The notes below the pieces were generated by a model. It saw only the letters and a program-made list of their open reading frames with translations. It was not told where the DNA came from and made no database searches. A stretch of DNA of 64,000 nt from Eutreptiella sp. 'Long Island Sound 2002' (lineage: Eukaryota; Protista; Euglenida). The DNA lies in contig OZ038378.1 in the NCBI GenBank assembly GCA_964036045.1, forward strand, positions 14,198,001 through 14,262,000, given 5' to 3'. Position numbers and translations under genes: made by a program. Positions 59,060-64,000 of this stretch are shown piece by piece (position 1 is the stretch's first letter; every line of letters begins with the position of its first letter).

Positions 59060-60703
59060 CTGTAAGAGAGAAGCGGCACTGGTACCCCCCCCGAATGTTA
59101 TACAGCTCAGTGCTGCTGTTCGTACAGCCGAGTACTAATGACCCGTCAGAGACAGGATGCCAGAACACTGGGCTGTAACGAACGAGAGACCGTGGCCAGC
59201 TTGCCAGAGAACGGACGCAGTGGTGGTAACCGTCAGCCGGTTGGTGTGGGCTTGGGTTGCCATAAGCTTCCATCAAAAACGCCCGCAGGACAAGCGGAAA
59301 AAGGGCCTGCCAACATTGGGAAGTGGGGGATACAATGTGCCAGAAAAATGTGACCCGATGAGACCTGGGTCTTGTGGACTGTTCCCAGGGTTTCAACAGC
59401 ACGGCTCCATTGTGGCCGTAAAGACGACTGAGAGGAGCTGTTTGAAAACACTTTATGGCGGATGGCGGATGGCGCCAACGGAGACCCTGACAGCTGTACT
59501 CCCTCAGATAAGGCATCACCCGTGAGTTGATACGGCATAGTCCGCTGGCAAATGGTGATGCCAGGCACAGTGGGAGTGGCGAGGGGCCTCAAAGAGCAGA
59601 GGGGGGATACGCCACGCATCGGCTTGTAACAATGGTCGCCCACGAGGGAGGTGGCAGGGGCAGGACAGTTCATATGTGAGTTTTGATCAGTGTCGGTGGC
59701 CACAATGCCAAAGAAATCGGTGAAAATTTCGATCTTTGTGTTCAGGCTGCAAGCTGCTCAAGCGGGTTGTGCACCAATGTTGACAAAATCAATCGGTTTC
59801 GAATTTTTCTATTTTTCAGATGTTGAGGAGTTTGGGGCTGAATTTGACCCATGAAGGGCTGGGGCTTGCAAAGCATGTTCGTTTACATCCTATGGGTGTA
59901 CTGTCACACTGGGAGGTGGCTGTTCCCTGCAAGCTGGTTGGGGACCGTACCAGGGTGTCCAGCGCCATGTCTTTCGCATGACCTGCTTCTGTTGAGCAAG
60001 GTCTGGGGAGGGGGGGGTATGGCGGGGGGGGGGATATTGAGTGTAGTGGGGTCATGTGCCGTTTTGCGAATGTCTGGCCAATTGCTCACCATTGCAGCAT
60101 CACTGCCCCCGGGGCGTCCACGCCCCGCCAGCCCATGACCACGAAGTTCGGAGGGTCCTCTCCACCACAAATGACATGACGGGGGAAGTGTAACACAGGG
60201 GCGGGGGGTTGCAGAGCACCGGGTGTTGCCCATCGCTGCTGCTCTGCAGTCCCAGGCCTTTTGCCCGTGGTGCTGCTGGTGGAGTGCCCTCCCTGTGCAA
60301 TGGGCGAGGGGAGCGGTTCTGCACTGAGGCTGTGGGTCGGTAGACACCGGACCCCGGGTGCGAAGCCTTGGGTAGTGGGGAGGAATGGCGGGGGAGGGGG
60401 GCATAGCACTGGGGTGGGGTGGGCTGGTTGTCCCACCATCACCCCGGCAGTGATCTGACCCTGAACACGGGGGCCCGGGGGCAGTGGCTACGGAGGCTCG
60501 GGGTCCAGCGGACGGTGATGACGGGTGCAGAGGGGGCCCAAGACCTCGGTGCAGTTGGCTGGACTCGTGCCCGAAAGGGGGCTCCTCGCGATTGCCGTCC
60601 TCTCTGTGGGGGTGTGCCCGTGCCCTCGATGCTTTGGGTTGGGTCAGCCGTAGTCTCGGGAAAGGGGGAGCGGAAGAGAGGCAGATTTGGCGGGGTGCCA
60701 TAC

Positions 60704-60793
60704 CTCTGCGGTGGTGCGTCCACAGAGTCCGCAAGGCAGTCCCCATCATCACGACCAACGCGGTCAACAGAAGGACACCCCCGGCCTCTGCAC
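60704..60793 (-). CDS. DUF1499-like protein, targeting-peptide exon (TM segment plus RR); further 5' exons unresolved (candidates near 60884-60930 and 61157-61348)
   Basis: gcccttcAG acceptor and GAG|GTATGG donor. Encodes AEAGGVLLLTALVVMMGTALRTLWTHHRR and joins the 59059 exon in phase 1 to give HRR-A-LSQ. Confidence 0.65.
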
Positions 60794-63700
60794 CTGAAGG
60801 GCAAGTGCGATACGCACACTGGTCTCATGGAACAGGGCTACAGCGTGTGCGCGGCCAAAATGCGAACGGGGCGCATGGCTCACCTTCATCAGGGCCACCG
60901 CGAAGTAACCGCAACACCCGAAGTAACTTGCTGCCCCGCAGCGCATCGACACATCACACACCGTCCCATGCACAGGCCCCGACGCCGTTCCCTCAGAACA
61001 AGCGCCGGGTCGTTCGCCAATGAGGCGGTGTGTCAAGCAGGAGATGACTGCGACACATGAACGCCACGTCAGTGACCGCTCGCCATCGGCGCGGAGCCGA
61101 TAGCGAATGACGATCACATGCGGACGGCGTGGGAACCAACGGCGATTCGCCCGTCACCCGATGGCGGTGGCGGCGAAAGCGGGGCTGGTGGTCCTCAGAA
61201 GACGAGCCCCGACAGACTGAACAACACGGGACAGCCCGAGGGCAATTCGAGGGGATTTGCGGCGGACGGACAACAGGACTGCGGGCACCGGCCTGCCCTT
61301 CGAGGGCGGGTGCCTTTGAAGATCGTTCGTGTGGGCGTCAGGGCCCATCACTGCCTCGGTCCTGATGGCTGTACTCGTTGGGTCATCGATCGTGCCGCCC
61401 CCCATCCCCCAACCCGCTGCCCAGGCCCACACCACCGCACGTTGGGCAACGCATGCCCTACGGCTGCCAGCGGAACGCCCCCTTCCGGACGCCCCAGTGC
61501 TCTAAACCCCATCCTCAAACACCCTCCGGGGGGATTGATGAGGGTATGAGCTATGGGCCATGCACTGGGGACCGGGTGTGGGCACGGGAGGTGGTGTGAG
61601 GTCACAGGCTGAGGGAGGGGGGGGGCAGAGCGGGGGTGTCAGCGATGAGGAAAGCGGTGCGGGTGTTCGCAAAAACGGTTCGGGGCGTAACGTCGGCCAC
61701 AAATGCCAGTTGACGGGGACGGGGGGGGGGGGGCTAGGGCTAAGGCGGCAGCCCTCATGGAAGGGTACCCCCCCCCTTCCAATGCATCCCGGTGCACAGG
61801 GGAGTGGGTCAGGGCACAGGACACACCACGAATCGTAGCCCCACGAGTTGTGGCATCAGCGCTCACTGTTCTAGACCCGCGCGGCCATGGGGTGGCCGGT
61901 GGATGCATGGCCGTCACTGTGGAAGGGATGGTGGCAGTACCATGGGAGACGGCAGGGGCTGTGGTGGGTCGGACGACCGTATGTGCGGCGGGTCGTCGCG
62001 TGTTGGGGACTTGGTTGGCTGAGACGGGCACTCTGGGATACCCATGCACACCGGCGGACTGCAGCTGTGAGTCTCTGTGGGGAAATGATAGGCAGGGGAG
62101 GGAACAGTAACATCTTCTCCGGCCTTTCCAAGCTGGTGACAGGGGAATGCATAGGACCCCTAGGTTTTGGCTGCCCTCGACCACTTCGGCCGGATTTGCG
62201 CTCCAAGACTTCTACTTCGCGATTTTGCATCGCAAATCCGGGATTTGCGGCATCTCTCGGGACTGTACATTCACGGCGCCGTTGTTACCCCGCCCCTTAT
62301 GCCCTCAGAGGTGCTGCCCCTGTATGGCCTTTTGTCCTGCCTCCCAGCGGTGGTTGTCCATGGCATCTCCTGCCCGATGTCCGAGACCTCTTGATCCCAC
62401 ACCACTCCTCATCCCAGGCAAGAGGGAGGGAAGAGAGGAGGTCGCTCACCCCATCACCGTACGGGGGACCTCAGTTGACGTTCAACCCATAGTCCAGTCC
62501 AGGGTGGGAAGCAAATTGCTTTGCAGGTCTGGGGGGGGGTAAGGTGGGTCGGTCAGCCGCCGGGGTCGGTGGGTACCCAACATACACATAACATACAAAA
62601 TGATCCCCATGACGCGCTGATCATTTTGAACATAGACAAGTGGGGTAAGGAAAAAAATTGCGTATCAGCTCAGGCTCCCATCAGCCAAGGCCCGAACCGG
62701 AGGTCGGGTCGGATGTTTTTTTTGTGTTTTTCACCCATTGTTGAATTTTTCACAAAATTCTGAGTATTTTGAGTATAGACACATCGGGTAAAACAAAACT
62801 ATTTCCCCCCCGGGAGGCTAAAATCCTTTTCCAGCGTATTCGGCGCCAACAGTTTCCCCCAAAATAAGCATGAAACAAGGGGGGCGGCACAGAAGCCCAT
62901 CGCCCCCCCCCTTCCTGCAGACAGCGCCCGTGCCACCCCCTCCTGCAAAGCAATTCTTGGGTTGCCCAGGGCCCGTCACACTTGTGGAGTCCCCTGGCGC
63001 CCCCGTTGTGCACTGCAGCCGTGTCTGCACACCGAACACCCCTGTCCCCTCCTGCTTGAGGCCTGTGCTTTGTCCCAAAGCGGCACCGGGCCTCAACCAA
63101 GGGACTTTGTGAAGCTGTGTGCTCCCTCCTTCCTGTCCTGCCTCCTGCAAGGGGGGTAACTGCCATATTGGAGGCGTGGCAGATATGTAGAGCAAGCAGC
63201 GAGGGAGCAAGGCCGATGGAGCTAGGAGGACTGTCAGTGGGCGTGGGGTGGCGTTAGGTTCCGTCGCCAAGCATGAGCTTTTAGTGCAATTTCGCAGGGG
63301 CACAGCAGCAGCTGTGGCCACAGTCGCAATGGTCTCCCCTATTGGTTTCAGGCAGAACCCATCTGCGGTCTTCGCCGTTCGATAGCCTGCCTTGGAAAAC
63401 CACTCATCAGGACTTGGAATAACTACAAATATACCTCTAAATGCACACATTGGGATTTCTAATGTGTTTTAAATTCACACAATGGGATCACAGATGCCTT
63501 TTGAATAAACACCATGGGACTCCAAGTGCCTTTAAAGTACTGTCAAATACACACATTGGCACTGTGAATGCCTTTTGAAAAGGCGCATGGGGAATTCAAA
63601 TGCCTTCTAATACACATCAGTGTTGACCATAAGCCCCCCTGCCCCGGAGAGCCCTCCCCCCTTCGAGGATGAGCGACAAGTGACAAAATTGAGAGAGGAA

Positions 63701-64000
63701 CTGAGTGACAAAAGCCCACATTGAGATGCAACAATGCACACGCAATTTAAAGTAAGTGTTGGATGTGGAATGCAGCCATACAGAGATGAAGTGTCCACAT
63801 TGGTTTCCCAATATGCTCTCCCTAGTGGCTGTCCTAAAGAAAAAATTGCGCAAAAAAATAAAAAAGTTTTTTGTCACTCAGACCCCCCCCCACCCTACCA
63901 AAAAAATGACCCCCTTCCAATAAGCAACCCTGGGACTTGAAATGCCTTTTGGTGCGTGCGCTGAAACATGCAATCCCTTGAAACTTGTCAATTGCACGCC

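Noticed and set aside
7377-60793. Euglenid nonconventional (CAG/CTG-paired) introns in the host genes
   Set aside because: All six introns that could be resolved in the three host genes have GT-AG ends and phase-consistent joins.

Overview
Repeat-rich eukaryotic genomic DNA, inferred to be a photosynthetic protist, probably a euglenophyte. The inference rests on a plastid-lumen-type targeting sequence (TM segment plus RR signal plus AxA site) and a short leader after an AG acceptor. Three host genes can be reconstructed on the minus strand with GT-AG introns. (1) A calpain with an intact C/H/N triad and two C-terminal LIM domains (about 14194-7377). (2) A 627-aa protein made of eight CBS motifs (23794-20366). 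(3) A DUF1499-like, probably thylakoid-lumen protein (at least 4 exons, 60793-56663). The centre holds a very young 11,987-bp Ty3/Gypsy chromovirus (34930-46916) with 1139-bp LTRs differing at one site by eye. Its gag and pol share one frame broken only by two UAG codons. Its pol carries an unexpected Dam-like N6-adenine methyltransferase-fold domain between protease and RT. It sits inside a tandem repeat of a decayed intron-bearing gene. Also present are a decayed Penelope-like RT and a decayed 2OG-Fe(II) dioxygenase/zinc-finger gene with palindromic TTATCGCG arrays just upstream of two splice acceptors. Smaller elements include a tRNA-headed SINE family (2 copies), a tRNA-Cys-like relic, a MITE-like element, minisatellites and microsatellites. 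All assignments come from reading motifs by eye; no database search was run.
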